Below, one piece after another: positions 63,142-64,000 of a DNA stretch of 64,000 nt. Made by a program: the position numbers and the translations under genes. The DNA is taken from positions 186,001-250,000 of IMG/VR virus record IMGVR_UViG_3300017917_001123; one strand, 5' to 3'. Numbering within the stretch: the first letter of the stretch is position 1; every line of letters begins with the position of its first letter. Under the pieces are notes generated by a model. That model made no database searches. It was given only the letters and a program-made list of their open reading frames with translations, and had not been told where the DNA came from.

Positions 63142-64000
63142 ATGGCCTTCTACAACACAATCAAAGAGTTAGACATAGAACACAGCGCAGTTTGTAATGC
63201 GGCCTGTCCTCAGTGTACAAGAGAGCTTCGCCCCGGAGACTACAGTTGGTTTAACCAAACATGGCTTCCTACAGAGTTTTACCAAGAGCGTATTCCACAA
63301 TATGTATTAGACAACTTAGAAACTATCTTCTTTAGTGGCATGGTAGGCGATCCTTGTGCGGCTCCTAACTTCTTAGAAGTGTGTAAGGTTATTAAAGAAC
63401 GTGCTCCGCATATCCATATTAAGATTAGTACTAATGGAGGTATGCGTAGTCCTGCTTGGTGGGCAGAGCTTGCTAGTATATTAGGGCAAGGTAGTTGGGT
63501 TCGTTTTGCTATTGACGGACTAGCAGACACTAATCATATCTATCGTGTTAATGTAAGTTGGAATAAAGTTGTTGCTAACGTAGATGCGTTTATTAAATCT
63601 GGCGGAGAAGCAGAATGGCAGTATATTGTGTTCAAACACAACGAGCATCAAGTAGAAGAAGCAAAGAAATTATCTGAAGATATGGGCTTTGCTAGATTTG
63701 TTATTAGACGCAGTCATCGCTTCTTGCTAGATGCTCTATTTGAAACACAGTACGTGGGTATCTCTGTTCCTACTAATGACAAATATGTACATCCGTTGAT
63801 TCTACAAAAGAAGAAAGTGTTTAACATTGTAGATGCGTTAAAAGTATCCAACGATAGTAGTGTAACTTGTGAAGTACAAGGACGCAAGAGTGTTTACATA
63901 TCAGCAGATGGTTGGGTGTTTCCTTGTGTATATACAGGAACATGTGTTCACTTAATGAAGACACGCAGTCTACATGACGGTTGGACTAAGTTATGGGAAG
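63142..64000 (+). CDS. Radical SAM protein, paralog of 54124..55179, 3'-truncated by window (not in ORF track)
   Basis: Manual translation MAFYNTIKELDIEHSAVCNAACPQC...GMVGDP...STNG...IDG...GWVFPC. TAAATA-N5-ATG start. Confidence 0.9.
   Translation, partial: MAFYNTIKELDIEHSAVCNAACPQCTRELRPGDYSWFNQTWLPTEFYQERIPQYVLDNLETIFFSGMVGDPCAAPNFLEVCKVIKERAPHIHIKISTNGGMRSPAWWAELASILGQGSWVRFAIDGLADTNHIYRVNVSWNKVVANVDAFIKSGGEAEWQYIVFKHNEHQVEEAKKLSEDMGFARFVIRRSHRFLLDALFETQYVGISVPTNDKYVHPLILQKKKVFNIVDALKVSNDSSVTCEVQGRKSVYISADGWVFPCVYTGTCVHLMKTRSLHDGWTKLWE

Noticed and set aside
1-64000. Stop-codon recoding
   Set aside because: Core genes are full length in code 11. TAA, TGA and TAG are all used as stops.

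Overview
A 64 kb segment of a large T4-like (jumbo-type) myovirus genome in the standard genetic code. 1-24 kb is the conserved core: tail sheath, tail tube, head-completion nuclease, terminase, gp32 SSB, UvsX/UvsY/UvsW, a gp62-like clamp-loader subunit, a 189-aa minimal DnaE-like protein, primase and helicase. 24-31 kb is late accessory genes: AlgH/YqgE, a nucleotidyltransferase, an Mtd_N tail fibre and degenerate enzymes. 31.4-45.3 kb is an early, mostly GC-richer region of small minus-strand genes, nearly each behind its own repeated sigma70 promoter cassette; it also holds a tRNA-Ile(CAT) and a probable structured ncRNA. 46-64 kb is a tailoring-enzyme island with glycosyltransferase-like proteins, 2OG-Fe(II) oxygenases, methyltransferases, a QueC-like ATPase and six radical SAM proteins. 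The main unexplained signals are: (i) a ~740 bp tract (38627-39367) where no G on the + strand is followed by a purine, flanked by genes with the reciprocal bias; (ii) two palindromic operator families around the early promoters; (iii) a same-strand TGCAGCGGGGT array embedded in coding DNA beside a curved, iteron-like intergenic region; (iv) an ORF-free RNA-like unit behind the tRNA; (v) a TAAATA-N5-ATG leaderless late-gene architecture. All family assignments come from motif recognition by eye, not database searches.
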